Shown here: positions 51,895 through 62,149 of the stretch, piece after piece
How positions within the stretch are numbered: the first letter of the stretch is position 1
Layout: each line of letters begins with the position of its first letter
DNA from: Candidatus Magasanikbacteria bacterium GW2011_GWC2_37_14
GTDB lineage: Bacteria; Patescibacteriota; Patescibacteriia; Magasanikbacterales; UBA922
DNA length: 64,000 nucleotides
Reading direction: 5' to 3'
NCBI GenBank assembly: GCA_000990355.1
Contig: LBSX01000008.1
Coordinates: 40,316 to 104,315, forward strand
The notes under the pieces: generated by a model
What the model was told of the DNA's origin: nothing
Seen by the model: only the letters and a program-made list of their open reading frames with translations
The model's database searches: none
Translations under genes and position numbers: made by a program

Positions 51895-52340
51895 ATGGCG
51901 GTGTTTTTTTTGTCTCCTCCTTACGAAGGAGGAGTACCCCGACGTCGCAGTCGGGGGGAGGTGGTTAGCAAATCCCCTCTAGAGAGGGGTGTCGCGTCAG
52001 AAGCGACGGGGTGTGTTGGTTTCCCTCCCCTACGAGGGGAGGATTAGGGTGGGGTTTCGTCACCGTCGTCTGTCATTCCTGCGCAGGCAAGAATCCACCC
52101 GCCTGCCATCGCTATGCTCTAGCATTAGCGGGCAGGGAAATCGTCCAATTACTCTTACCTCCATGGAGCAAAAACTTCGCGCTAAACAAACACTGCGGAA
52201 AATTTAGGACTCGTCATTCGTTTTTGCTCGTGCGAGCCTAAAGAGGCTCTAGACGAGCAAATCCTTCTTCGCTATAGAGCTCCGAAGGAACACTCTTCCT
52301 CGCCTCTAAATTTTTACCTTGTGTTTGTGCGCGCGTGAGT
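51895..52340. repeat. Dense cluster of GC-rich hairpin repeats (families A and B plus further palindromes) downstream of 5S
   Basis: ctcctccttacgaaggaggag, ccccgacgtcgcagtcgggg, cccctctagagagggg, tccctcccctacgaggggagga, gtcattcctgcgcaggcaagaat, tttgctcgt...acgagcaaa, and GTTTGTGCGCGCGTGA (also present at 62487). Confidence 0.75.
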
Positions 52341-52347
52341 GTTGTAA

Positions 52348-53121
52348 TTATTTTTGTTTTATACTTTTGGACTGTCCCCAAATAATTTCAAACTGCTGTT
52401 TCATCATCTCTGCCATTTCCGGGCTTTCAATTAAGAATCCGTAATTTTCTTTTTGTGAAGAAATAAAACGCACAGTGTTGGCATAAATTGTATAGCCCAA
52501 AGAAAAATCAATATTTTTTGGAGCAATACGAATTTCTCTTTTTAATTCTACATCATTTTTAAAAAAATCATACTTAGTTTTAGCGGTTGCTTGCATCTGT
52601 GGCCAAATTACTTTAATTTGAATATTTCTTTCAGCACGCTTTTTGTGGAATTCTTGGTAAAATTCGCTACCCAATAATTTAATAATTTTTTCTACTGGCC
52701 AAAGCACATAAGCAGTGGTGTCGCGATAAAGCAACATGTCTTTCATCATGTGTTGTAGTTCTTCTCGTCCTTCAAATAATTGTAAACGCGGTTTGGTGGG
52801 GCTGTTTTTTTTGTAGTAAGTATTTTTTAATTCTGCTAAAGTACTTTTAGCCGTTAAAATGTTTTTTTGTTTTTCTTCAATTAATAACTCAATAATTTCT
52901 GGCTTTTGTATTGTAAAAATTTTAATATTATTTTTTTGTGACTCAACTATTAAGCCTGTCTTGGTTAGATTTTCTAATAAATCATAAATAGCTGTGCGCT
53001 TAACTCCAGCTTTTTGAGCCAGGGTAGTAGCACCAGTTGGCCCACTTTCTAAGGCAACTAAAAATATTTCTTTTTCTAAAGGTTGTAAATTAAACAAGTC
53101 CAAAATTTTGTTTATTTGCAT
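52348..53121 (-). CDS. TrmB-family transcriptional regulator
   Basis: N-terminal wHTH (LEKEIFLVALESGPTGATTLAQKAGVKRTAIYDLLENLTKTGLI) and a C-terminal sugar-sensing domain. Divergent from the ABC transporter operon. Confidence 0.7.
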   Translation of the reverse strand: MQINKILDLFNLQPLEKEIFLVALESGPTGATTLAQKAGVKRTAIYDLLENLTKTGLIVESQKNNIKIFTIQKPEIIELLIEEKQKNILTAKSTLAELKNTYYKKNSPTKPRLQLFEGREELQHMMKDMLLYRDTTAYVLWPVEKIIKLLGSEFYQEFHKKRAERNIQIKVIWPQMQATAKTKYDFFKNDVELKREIRIAPKNIDFSLGYTIYANTVRFISSQKENYGFLIESPEMAEMMKQQFEIIWGQSKSIKQK

Positions 53122-53211
53122 ATTGTTGTGGTTTTGTCACGACACTGTATACAATACTCTGATTTGAGAGTATTGTCAAGACAGGTTAATTAATTTTTAA
53201 TTTTTTAAAAT

Positions 53212-54261
53212 ATGGCAATTCATATTTTCAAAAAACATTTTAAAAAAATGTTTAATACTAAAATTTTGATTTTAGTGATGGTTGTAAGTTTTTCAGTAGT
53301 TGCATTAGCTGGCTGTTCAGTGAATCAAAATGTTGCCGAACCAACATCTGTTTTACCAGTTGTCCAAACAGTCAGAACTGCTTATATGCCAATTACAGCC
53401 AATTTATCTCTTTTTGTAGCGTTAGAGCAAGGATTTTTTAAACAAAATGGCCTTAATATTGAAGCTTCTGAGGCCACTACACCCAATGATATTGTGGCTG
53501 CTTTAGTGTCTGGTAAAATTGATTTTGCCCCAGTTTTGGCATATACCATTGTTTTTCCATCTGCTATACAATATCCGAATACTTTTAAAATATTTTCTTC
53601 CACCGAAGAAACAGAAACTAATTATACTGCCAGCATTATTGCCAAAAAAGATTCCCCTATCAACTCTTATCAAGATTTACGTGGTAAAAAAATTGGGGTT
53701 TATGGAGGGTTGGTTCAAGTAAATTTTCTTAAAGCCATACTTACTGGCATGAAAATAAGCCTAGCTGAAGTTGAAATTATTGAAATTAATCCAAAACTTC
53801 AAATTCAAGGACTTTTGGCTGGCGAATATGATGCCTTATCAACTACTGAACCAACTTCTAATATTGCCTTGTTTAGTGGTCAAACTAAATTGGTATCTAA
53901 CAACCCTCGGGTTAAATACATTATGTCGCCATTCCCATCAACGGCAGCAGTACTGGCTACTAAATTTATAAATGAAAATAAAGTTGCGGCTCAGGCCGTG
54001 GTAAAATCACTCAATCAGGCAATTGATTTTATAAACAATAACCCGGCCGAAGCTAAAAAGGCCATGTTAAAATATACACCGATTCCAGTAGAATCGGCTG
54101 ACAAAGTTCTTGCCGATCTAAAATTATTTCATTATGCGAAATTGGGTGAGGAAAATCGTACCCAAGTTCAAAAATTTGCTGACTATCTGTATGATAATAA
54201 ATTGCTTAAAACTAAAGTAGAGGTTAATTCCTTATTTGGTGATGGATTATTAGAGCTATAA
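53212..54261 (+). CDS. ABC transporter substrate-binding lipoprotein (NMT1/SsuA/TauA-like)
   Basis: Lipobox LAGCS, and NMT1-type periplasmic binding fold over 349 aa. Confidence 0.7.
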   Translation: MAIHIFKKHFKKMFNTKILILVMVVSFSVVALAGCSVNQNVAEPTSVLPVVQTVRTAYMPITANLSLFVALEQGFFKQNGLNIEASEATTPNDIVAALVSGKIDFAPVLAYTIVFPSAIQYPNTFKIFSSTEETETNYTASIIAKKDSPINSYQDLRGKKIGVYGGLVQVNFLKAILTGMKISLAEVEIIEINPKLQIQGLLAGEYDALSTTEPTSNIALFSGQTKLVSNNPRVKYIMSPFPSTAAVLATKFINENKVAAQAVVKSLNQAIDFINNNPAEAKKAMLKYTPIPVESADKVLADLKLFHYAKLGEENRTQVQKFADYLYDNKLLKTKVEVNSLFGDGLLEL

Positions 54262-54263
54262 AC

Positions 54264-55034
54264 ATGCCAAATCTTGCTATAACAAATCTTACCAAAATTT
54301 ATAACGCACAAAGTAAAAATCCACAGTTAGTGTTTGATAATTTTTCTTTAGAAATTAAATCTAACATTATTGTGGCAGTAGTTGGAGTAAATGGCTGTGG
54401 CAAAACTACCCTGCTTAATTGTTTGGCCGACTTAATACCATTCGAATTGGGACGTATTAAAATTGATGATAAAGATAATCAAAATACTAAGATTGGTTTT
54501 GTTTTTCAAAATTATCGTGAGTCATTACTGCCATGGTTAAAAAATATTGATAATGTCGCTTGTACTCTGGAACAATCAACGTTGTCTAAACTTGAAAAGC
54601 ATGTTTATATTAAAAATTGGGCCGTTGAACGTAATATTGTATTGCCGTGGGGATCTTACCCCTATCAGTGTAGTGGTGGACAACAGCAGTTATTAGCGCT
54701 TGTGCGTGAATTTATCAATCAGCCAAAATTACTTTTAATGGATGAACCATTTACAGCGCTTGATTATGAAAAAAGATTGGCTTGGCGGCAACAACTTGAG
54801 TTGCTGTGGCAAAAATGTCCTACTACAATAATTTTAGTTTCGCATGATATAGAAGAAGCCATTTATCTTGCTGATGAAGTGATAGTACTTGGGAATCAGC
54901 CTACTAAAATTTTTGGACATTATACAATTGATTTGCCTCGTCCTCGTGTGCCGGTTTTGCTTCAGAGCGAAAAGTTTTCTGAATTGTATCGTAAGGTGTC
55001 ACAATCATTTTTGCAAACTATTCCTGTGCTATGA
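54264..55034 (+). CDS. ABC transporter ATP-binding protein (SsuB/TauB-like)
   Basis: Walker A GVNGCGKTT, signature SGGQQQ, Walker B LLLMDEPF, H-loop SHD. Confidence 0.85.
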   Translation: MPNLAITNLTKIYNAQSKNPQLVFDNFSLEIKSNIIVAVVGVNGCGKTTLLNCLADLIPFELGRIKIDDKDNQNTKIGFVFQNYRESLLPWLKNIDNVACTLEQSTLSKLEKHVYIKNWAVERNIVLPWGSYPYQCSGGQQQLLALVREFINQPKLLLMDEPFTALDYEKRLAWRQQLELLWQKCPTTIILVSHDIEEAIYLADEVIVLGNQPTKIFGHYTIDLPRPRVPVLLQSEKFSELYRKVSQSFLQTIPVL

Positions 55035-55771
55035 AATTTAATATTCTTGGTATTTTAATTATATTTTTAGTTTGGGAATTATTATCTTTGTTTGTAAATA
55101 GATTATTTTTACCTTCGCCTGTGGCAGTAATAAATAATTTGTTTGCGTTATTAGATACACCAGAATTGTATGGTGATATTTGGGCTACTTTTAAGCGAAC
55201 TATTGTTGGTTTATCAATGGGTACAATTATTGGGGTGATAATTGGGATTTTGTTAGGTTTTTTCCGTCCGCTCTACAAAACTTTACGTTTGCCTATGGAT
55301 TTTATTCGTTCTATCCCCACCACAGCATTGTTTCCTCTTTTTATTGTGCTTTTTGGTTTAGGAGATTTAGTTAAAATATTTGTGTCGGCTTGGGCGGCAT
55401 GTTTAATAGTACTTGTTAATACTCTTTATGGTTTCCAAAATATTTCACAAATACGGCTGCTAGTAGGCAAATTAAAAAAGTTTTCTTTTAGGAAAACAGT
55501 TTGTTTGATTATTTTGCCTTCTACACTTTCATATATTGCCGCTGGTATTCGCGTTAGTCTTTCCTTTTCTCTAATTGTTGAGTTGGTGGCGGAAATGTTT
55601 TTAGGTTCGCAAAATGGTTTGGGGCATAGAATTTTTGCCGCTTCTAGTGTTTTGGCAATGGAAGAAGTTTATGTAGGAATTTTGTTAATAGGATTTTTGG
55701 GGTATGTTTTAAATAGTTTGATGCTGTTCTTAGAACATAAAATAATTCATTGGTCAGGGCAAACATCGTGA
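55031..55771 (+). CDS. ABC transporter permease (SsuC/TauC-like)
   Basis: Six TM helices and the EAA-like loop typical of the BPD_transp_1 family. Overlaps the ATPase stop by 4 nt. Confidence 0.8.
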   Translation: MKFNILGILIIFLVWELLSLFVNRLFLPSPVAVINNLFALLDTPELYGDIWATFKRTIVGLSMGTIIGVIIGILLGFFRPLYKTLRLPMDFIRSIPTTALFPLFIVLFGLGDLVKIFVSAWAACLIVLVNTLYGFQNISQIRLLVGKLKKFSFRKTVCLIILPSTLSYIAAGIRVSLSFSLIVELVAEMFLGSQNGLGHRIFAASSVLAMEEVYVGILLIGFLGYVLNSLMLFLEHKIIHWSGQTS

Positions 55772-55859
55772 TTTAAAGTGATTTTTATTAAAACAAAAAA
55801 AGAATTAAATTTTTTCGCGCCAAAATCTAATAGTCGCAGACAGTGGCCGCTTCAAAAAT

Positions 55860-56735
55860 CTAATTCTTTTTTTGTTTTAAAATATTTATAAAATATATTA
55901 TTCCCCACACAACAAACGGCACACTCAACCATTGCCCGGTGGTTAAGCCAAAATAAGTTGGAAATTCTTTAACAAATTCAATTATAAAACGAGAAGAAAA
56001 ATAGAGTATTAAAAATAAATGAAAGATAAAAAGATTTGGTAGTTTTTCTTTGTCGCGTAAAGTTACACCACGCGACACGTATTTTTTATAACTAAAATAT
56101 AGAATTATAAATATTATAAGTAACGCCAGTGCTTCGTAGAGCTGTGCAGGGTGGCGTAGGACAGGGTTTAACTCGTAATTGGGGAAATATACACCCCAGG
56201 GTAAATTAGTGGCTCTGCCGACAATTTCCGAGTTAAAGAAATTTCCAATCCTAATAAACATTGCCAAAAGTGGGATAGGAATGATAAGGATGTCCAGAAT
56301 TTTACGCCAATCTAATAACCCCCCCCGCCCCCCTTTTTCAAGGGGGGTAACGTCGTTTTTCCCCCTTAATAAAGGGGGATTAAGGGGGTTGTTGGCTTTT
56401 ATTTTGATGAATAAAAAAAATGTTAATAACAAACCAATTGTCATACCATGGCTAGAAAGCCCACCATGATTAATCATAATCATTTCTAGCGGATGGGTAA
56501 AATAAAAAGTAGGCTCGTAAAATAAAATTTCTCCTAGTCGAGCGCCAATTAGTCCGCCAACTATTAGCCAAGTACATAAATCATAAGCCAAATTTATTGG
56601 ATATTTTTTTTGTTTAAATAATTTAGCAATAATATAAATTGCTATTCCGACACCGAGAGCCAAAAAAAGACCGTACCAGCGGATGGTGATAAAACTGTAT
56701 TGGAATAGGATTGGATTAAGATTATTAGTAATCAT
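55860..56735 (-). CDS. lgt: Prolipoprotein diacylglyceryl transferase carrying an in-frame, repeat-encoded 25-aa insertion
   Basis: Lgt signature FIRIGNFFNSEIVGRATNLPWGVYFP and an N-terminal WYGLFLALGVGIAIYI. The residues NPLNPPLLRGKNDVTPLEKGGRGG are encoded by a family A repeat at 56316-56390. Confidence 0.8.
   Translation of the reverse strand: MITNNLNPILFQYSFITIRWYGLFLALGVGIAIYIIAKLFKQKKYPINLAYDLCTWLIVGGLIGARLGEILFYEPTFYFTHPLEMIMINHGGLSSHGMTIGLLLTFFLFIKIKANNPLNPPLLRGKNDVTPLEKGGRGGLLDWRKILDILIIPIPLLAMFIRIGNFFNSEIVGRATNLPWGVYFPNYELNPVLRHPAQLYEALALLIIFIILYFSYKKYVSRGVTLRDKEKLPNLFIFHLFLILYFSSRFIIEFVKEFPTYFGLTTGQWLSVPFVVWGIIYFINILKQKKN
56316..56390. repeat. Family A GC-rich palindromic repeat located inside the lgt coding sequence
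   Basis: cccccctttttcaaggggggtaacgtcgtttttcccccttaataaagggggattaagggggtt. Compare 62518-62552, cctcccctttataaggggaggattaaggaggggt. Confidence 0.8.
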
Positions 56736-56811
56736 AGGTTACTGGACATTATTGTATTTTTGTGTTTAAATAGTTCCAAACGACCCAAGTGGGTTTTTTG
56801 GGAGGGACGAT

Positions 56812-57132
56812 ATGCCATCGGTTTTGGTAGTGCGGGAAGAGGATCTCAAGCGGTGTCCGAAGGCCTTTCGGGATTACGTGAGCGAGTTCTTCGCGAGGTA
56901 CATGATCTGGGGCGTGCGAGTTCGTTATGCCGCTACCTATTCCTTCGAGCCCAGTGGCGGTTACCGCAAGGGTCACGCACCTTCGCACAGCGTGGAGCTC
57001 GCCAGGTTCACCGAGGGGCTGGCTGGTCAGTCTCTAAATAGCTGGATGAACCAGGCGGCGAGACAGGACATCGTTCTCCATATACCTGTCGGTCAACACG
57101 CAAGTGGTTCATCGTGGGCCGATGACGACTAA
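56812..57132 (+). CDS. Hypothetical 106-aa protein on a GC-rich (about 58%) islet
   Basis: RBS GGGAGGG-6-ATG. Followed by a long imperfect hairpin (aatcgacttgccaccatgt...acatggaggttttgcaagtcgatt) at 57150-57235. Confidence 0.45.
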   Translation: MPSVLVVREEDLKRCPKAFRDYVSEFFARYMIWGVRVRYAATYSFEPSGGYRKGHAPSHSVELARFTEGLAGQSLNSWMNQAARQDIVLHIPVGQHASGSSWADDD

Positions 57133-57262
57133 TGGAGGTTAGAAGAATGAAGTGTCGTGCACCGCCGAAAGGACATGGTTGGGATGAGAATCGACTTGCC
57201 ACCATGTTTTTCTCTAAAGTTTTTTAGTGAAAGACATGGAGGTTTTGCAAGTCGATTTTTGT

Positions 57263-58036
57263 TTACTCTAACAGTAACAACGCCATCATTACTGCCACAC
57301 CCAAAATAGAAATTACAAGTTGTAAAGCAGATTTTTTAGCATTGGTTTCTTTGTGAAGTTCTGGTACCAAGTCCGAGCCAGCAATATAAATAAAACTGCC
57401 GGCGGCAAAAGGAATTAAAAAAGATGTAATATGGGGAATAAATTGGCTAACTAAAATAGCAATTATTGCGCCAAGTATAGCTGTTAAGCCAGTAATAAAA
57501 TTTAAAAATAAAGCGCGTTTTCTGTTGTAACCGCCATGCAGTAATATACCAAAATCACCGATTTCTTGAGGAATTTCGTGTAGAATTACCGCAAAAGTAG
57601 TGGCAAGCCCAAGTGGAATATTTACCAAATAACTGCCGCCAATAATTAAGCCATCAATAAAATTATGTACCGTGTCGCCAATTAAATTCATTTTGGCAAA
57701 AGGAGCTACTTGCACGTGGTCGTGATGTTCTTCCAAACATTCGGTAGAATGGGTGTGGTGACAATGATGCCAGTGAATAATTTTTTCCATGACAAAAGAC
57801 AAGCCAATACCTAGTAAAACGTATAAAGAAACTTGTAAAGTAAATCCAGATTCTTCTACTGCTTCTGGCAAAAGATGAATAAAAGCATCGGCGAGCAAAG
57901 CACCAGCCGAAAAACTTACTAAGTAAATTAAAATTTTGCGTAGTTTTTCTTCTTTAATGGAAATTGAAGCTAGCCCAATTAGGGAAATTAAGCTGACGAT
58001 GGTAACGCTTAAAATTGAATAAATTATTGCGGTCAT
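57263..58036 (-). CDS. ZIP-family divalent metal (zinc) transporter, ZupT-like
   Basis: HEIPQEIGDFGILL signature, a His-rich loop (HWHHCHHTHSTECLEEHHDH), and 8 TM helices. Confidence 0.8.
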   Translation of the reverse strand: MTAIIYSILSVTIVSLISLIGLASISIKEEKLRKILIYLVSFSAGALLADAFIHLLPEAVEESGFTLQVSLYVLLGIGLSFVMEKIIHWHHCHHTHSTECLEEHHDHVQVAPFAKMNLIGDTVHNFIDGLIIGGSYLVNIPLGLATTFAVILHEIPQEIGDFGILLHGGYNRKRALFLNFITGLTAILGAIIAILVSQFIPHITSFLIPFAAGSFIYIAGSDLVPELHKETNAKKSALQLVISILGVAVMMALLLLE

Positions 58037-58887
58037 AAATTTATTTTAATCATTATGGGACAGTGGTCAGAACCAACCACTTGGTCCATAATTGTAGCAT
58101 CTTTTAAATATTTTTTCAAGAGTTTGCTAATAACAAAATAATCAATCCGCCAGCCAATATTTCGACGACGGGCGCCAAAGCGGTAAGTCCACCAAGTATA
58201 TTTTATGTCTTTGGGGTGAAGTTCACGAAAAGTATCAATCATTTTATTCTTTAAAAATTTATCAAAACTCGTGCGTTCTTCAATAGTAAAGCCAGCATTT
58301 TTTTCATTTTCTTTTGGATTGGCCAGATCAATTTCTGTATGAGCTACGTTAAAATCCCCAGTAAAAATAACAGGTTTTACTTGCCCTGAGCTAGCCGAAG
58401 GGGTTTGTTCCAAATTTTTAATATGTTTAAATATTTTATTATTAAATTCAATTTTAAAATCAAGGCGCGATAAATCATGGCGAGTGTTGGGGAAATATGC
58501 ATTTACAAAATAAAATTTTTCAAATTCAATTGTTTGTACTCGGCCCTCGCTATCGAATTTATCTAGTCCTAAGCCATTAATAACAGCAATATCTTTTTTA
58601 TTTTCTCGCTGTGGGTTCGCTCCGCTAGGTCCTCGCTTCGAAAATAAAAAAGCTATTGTTGTATCCTTAATCAAGATCGCCGTGCCGGCATAACCTGGTC
58701 GTTCGGCCGAATTCCAGAATTCTGTATAGCCCGGAAAATCTAATTTAGCGTCAAAGCGATCCTTCTCGGCAATTTTAACTTCTTGTAAAGCTAAAATATC
58801 TGGTTGATATTTTTTTAAGACATCTAAAAAGCCATTACGCAAACAGGCGCGAATACCATTTACATTCCAGCTCATTAAAGTGATCAT
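58033..58887 (-). CDS. xth: Exodeoxyribonuclease III / AP endonuclease
   Basis: MSWNVNGIR ... LALQEVK ... a C-terminal DHCP motif. Start moved to the ATG of MITLMSWNVNG because the track start is a TTG. Carries a possible roughly 20-aa insertion (SKRGPSGANPQRENKKDIAV) encoded by a GC-richer segment at 58600-58660. Confidence 0.8.
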   Translation of the reverse strand: MITLMSWNVNGIRACLRNGFLDVLKKYQPDILALQEVKIAEKDRFDAKLDFPGYTEFWNSAERPGYAGTAILIKDTTIAFLFSKRGPSGANPQRENKKDIAVINGLGLDKFDSEGRVQTIEFEKFYFVNAYFPNTRHDLSRLDFKIEFNNKIFKHIKNLEQTPSASSGQVKPVIFTGDFNVAHTEIDLANPKENEKNAGFTIEERTSFDKFLKNKMIDTFRELHPKDIKYTWWTYRFGARRRNIGWRIDYFVISKLLKKYLKDATIMDQVVGSDHCPIMIKINL

Positions 58888-59066
58888 ATTAGCAGATAAC
58901 AAATAGCAGTTATCATATGACAATGATAAAACAAAAATTTGTTTTTGGCAAATTGTTATCTGCTATCTGCTATCTGCATCATGACAATTGTCCACAGGCA
59001 CCTACTCTTGCCAAATTGCTTTATTCTTGGTATATTTTTTTTATTAAAATTATAAGTAAATACTAT

Positions 59067-59453
59067 ATGGCAAAAGATCGTTACCTGGAAATTAAAGAAT
59101 CAGTTTTGGATCACATTCAGACTTTGTTTGATGAAATGGAAGAAGAAATGGCTATGAGTCATCAAGAAAAATATGCTTTATTAGAAGATTCTTTTGAGAA
59201 TGCTACGGATGAGGACGAATTAAAAGTAGCCTTTGAACAATGGTATGCCGAACACAGTGAAGATTTGAATTTGGATTTTAAAGTAGATGAATTGTGGGAC
59301 AAAGCAGTGGGTGGTGAATTAAGTTATGATAATTTGAAAGATACCGAAGATGAAGAAGAAACCAGTGAAGATTTTTTGGGTTTAAAAGAAGAAGACGAAG
59401 ATGATGAAAAAAAACACAAAAATGAATATAGTGATGGGAATGATGAGTACTAA
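59067..59453 (+). CDS. Hypothetical acidic protein (128 aa; D/E-rich C-terminus)
   Basis: Start moved to the ATG at 59067, downstream of a TTGCCA-17-TATATT promoter. The upstream part of the track ORF covers family D repeat copies. Confidence 0.45.
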   Translation: MAKDRYLEIKESVLDHIQTLFDEMEEEMAMSHQEKYALLEDSFENATDEDELKVAFEQWYAEHSEDLNLDFKVDELWDKAVGGELSYDNLKDTEDEEETSEDFLGLKEEDEDDEKKHKNEYSDGNDEY

Positions 59454-59578
59454 TAATGTACGAAATACGAAAAGTCCGAAATTACGAAACACAAAATCTG
59501 CCAAATTGGTGGGTTTTTTTATGTCTTGAATATTTTTTTTGCCAGTGCTATATTACTTGGCAGTAATAATAATTTTTT

Positions 59579-60766
59579 ATGGAAAATGAAACTTTTAATG
59601 CTTTGATTGCCCAGGGTGGAGGGCCAACGGCCGTGATTAATCAAAGCTTGGTAGGGGCTATTTTGGAGTTAAAAAAACAGCCAAGTGTTGGCCGGATTTT
59701 TGGTTCGCATTTTGGAGTAAAAGGAATTTTAAAAGAAGACTTTATTGATCTAACAAATTTGGCCGAAGTAGATTTGGAAGCCATTGCCAAAACTCCAGGT
59801 TCGGCTTTGGGTTCTACCCGTGACAAACCAGATGCCGAATATTGTGCAAAAATGTTTGAAGTAATGAAAAAAAACCAGATTAAATATTTTTTCTATATTG
59901 GTGGTAATGATTCGGCCGATACTTGTAAAATTGTTAATGAAGAAGCCAAAAAAGTTAAATACGAATTACATACTATTCATATTCCCAAAACCATTGATAA
60001 TGATTTGATGGTGACCGATCATTGTCCAGGTTTTGGTTCAGCAGCTAAATTTGTGGCCCAGGCTTTTATGGGAGTAAATTTAGATAATGCTTCTTTGCCC
60101 GGAATTTATTTGGGAATTGTGATGGGTCGGCACGCCGGTTTTCTTACTGCCAGTTCGGTTTTGGCCAAACAAAATTCCGAAGATGGCCCGCATTTAATTT
60201 ATACTTCCGAACGGCCGTTCAATATTCATTATTTTGTACGTGATGTAAAAGCAGTGTATGAAAAATATGGCCGTTGCGTGGTAGCAATTTCCGAAGGGAT
60301 TATTGATGAAGAGGGCACACCTATAGCTTCCAAACTTGCCAAACAAGTAGAACATGATGCGCATGGTAATGTACAATTATCTGGTAATGGTATTTTAGGA
60401 GATTTATTGGCCGACACCGTAAAAAGTCATACCGGGATTTCACGGGTACGAGTAGACACTTTTGGTTATTTACAACGTTCTTTTGCTGGTTGTGTCAGCG
60501 AAGTTGACGCCAAAGAAGCGCGCGAGGTTGGTGTAAAAGCAGTGCAATTTACTTTTTCCGGTGATGTTGATGGTTCAGTAGTAATTAAGCGCGAGGGCGA
60601 GTATAATGTGAGTTATGCTTTGGTAGATTTGGCAGAAGTAAATGCTAAAACCAAAAAAATGCCACCAGAATTTTTTGCTTCCGACAATATGGTGAGTCAA
60701 AAATTTATTGATTATGTTAAACCATTGGTAGGTGAATTGCCAATTATTAAAAAATTAATTAATTAA
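59579..60766 (+). CDS. 6-phosphofructokinase, probably pyrophosphate-dependent (PfkA family)
   Basis: N-terminal QGGGPTAVINQS, FFYIGGNDSADT, and a PKTIDNDL catalytic block. Confidence 0.8.
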   Translation: MENETFNALIAQGGGPTAVINQSLVGAILELKKQPSVGRIFGSHFGVKGILKEDFIDLTNLAEVDLEAIAKTPGSALGSTRDKPDAEYCAKMFEVMKKNQIKYFFYIGGNDSADTCKIVNEEAKKVKYELHTIHIPKTIDNDLMVTDHCPGFGSAAKFVAQAFMGVNLDNASLPGIYLGIVMGRHAGFLTASSVLAKQNSEDGPHLIYTSERPFNIHYFVRDVKAVYEKYGRCVVAISEGIIDEEGTPIASKLAKQVEHDAHGNVQLSGNGILGDLLADTVKSHTGISRVRVDTFGYLQRSFAGCVSEVDAKEAREVGVKAVQFTFSGDVDGSVVIKREGEYNVSYALVDLAEVNAKTKKMPPEFFASDNMVSQKFIDYVKPLVGELPIIKKLIN

Positions 60767-60777
60767 AATATTTTTAT

Positions 60778-61770
60778 ATGAGTGAATTAAATAATATTGC
60801 AAAACAAATGGTTGCCCCAGGCAAGGGTATTTTGGCTGCCGATGAAAGTACCCCAACAATTGGTAAACGCTTCGCCAAAATTGAAGTAGAAAATAATGAA
60901 GATAATCGTCGTGGTTATCGTGAATTACTCTTTACTGCACCAAACATGGGTGAATATATTAGTGGAGTAATTATGTATGACGAAACTATCCGTCAACGTG
61001 CGAGTGACGGTCATACTTTTGTGACAGTTTTGGAAAAGCAAAACGTATTGAGTGGAATAAAAGTAGATGAAGGAACAGAAAGTTTGGTAGATTCGCCAGA
61101 AGAAGTAGTTACCAAGGGTTTGGAAAATTTACCAGCTCGTTTGCCAGAATATGTAAATATGGGAGCTAAATTTTGTAAGTGGCGCGGGGTAATAAAAATT
61201 GGCGAAAATTTGCCAACTGCCAATTGTGTACAAATGAATGCTGAGCGTTTGGCCAAGTATGCAAAATTGTGCCAAGAAAATAACTTGGTCCCAATTGTGG
61301 AACCAGAAGTTTTAATGGACGGTGGTCATACAATAGAAAAATGTTATGAAGTAACAAAGAATGTTTTAGATGTTACTTTTGTTGAATTAAAAAAAGCTGG
61401 AGTAGAATTGGGTGGAATTATTTTAAAACCAAATATGGTTATTTCTGGTTCCACTTGCGAAACTCAAGCTAGCGCCAAAGAAATTGCCGAACTTACCGTA
61501 AAATGTTTAAAAGAAACTGTGCCTGCCGAAGTATCAGGAATTGCCTTTTTGTCTGGCGGACAAAGTGAAGAATTGGCAGCCGAAACTTTGAATGAAATAA
61601 ACAAAATAGCAGTTGATTGTCCTTGGCAATTATCCTTTTCTTATGGTCGGGCTTTACAAGCTTCTACTTTAAAAGCTTGGGCTGGTAAATCGGAAAATAT
61701 TGTAACTGCACAAGAAACATTTTTAATGCAAGCTAAAAAAACTAGTTTAGCTAGAGATGGCAGGCTTTAA
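60778..61770 (+). CDS. Fructose-bisphosphate aldolase, class I
   Basis: GKGILAADES hallmark, and a Schiff-base lysine region (LEGTLLKPNMV-like IILKPNMV). Confidence 0.85.
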   Translation: MSELNNIAKQMVAPGKGILAADESTPTIGKRFAKIEVENNEDNRRGYRELLFTAPNMGEYISGVIMYDETIRQRASDGHTFVTVLEKQNVLSGIKVDEGTESLVDSPEEVVTKGLENLPARLPEYVNMGAKFCKWRGVIKIGENLPTANCVQMNAERLAKYAKLCQENNLVPIVEPEVLMDGGHTIEKCYEVTKNVLDVTFVELKKAGVELGGIILKPNMVISGSTCETQASAKEIAELTVKCLKETVPAEVSGIAFLSGGQSEELAAETLNEINKIAVDCPWQLSFSYGRALQASTLKAWAGKSENIVTAQETFLMQAKKTSLARDGRL

Positions 61771-61778
61771 TTTTAAAT

Positions 61779-62147
61779 ATGTTAATAAAAAAATTTGCCA
61801 ATCAAAAAGAAATTATTGCTGGAGACAATTGTCTTTTAAGGGAGTTTATTAACGTGGAACATGGTGATAAAGTAGACTGTCGTTATAGTTTGGCTTGGTC
61901 CAAGATGCCTGTTACAAAAAAAACCTGGAAGCACACCATGAAAACTTCGGAAGTATATTTTATTTTAAAAGGCAAAGGCAAAATGTATATAAATGATGAA
62001 GCAGAAGAGGTTGGTGTATATGATACAGTTTATATTCCACCTAATGCTACTCAATATATAGAAAATATTGGTGAAGAAGATTTAGAATTTATTTGTATTG
62101 TTGACCCGGCTTGGAGAAAAGAAGACGAAGTTGTTTTGGAGAGTTAG
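61779..62147 (+). CDS. Cupin-domain protein
   Basis: Cupin motifs 1 and 2 (G(X)5HXH-like region ...KHTMKTSEVYFILKGKGKM... and a PPNATQYIEN region), 122 aa. Confidence 0.55.
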   Translation: MLIKKFANQKEIIAGDNCLLREFINVEHGDKVDCRYSLAWSKMPVTKKTWKHTMKTSEVYFILKGKGKMYINDEAEEVGVYDTVYIPPNATQYIENIGEEDLEFICIVDPAWRKEDEVVLES

Positions 62148-62149
62148 GC

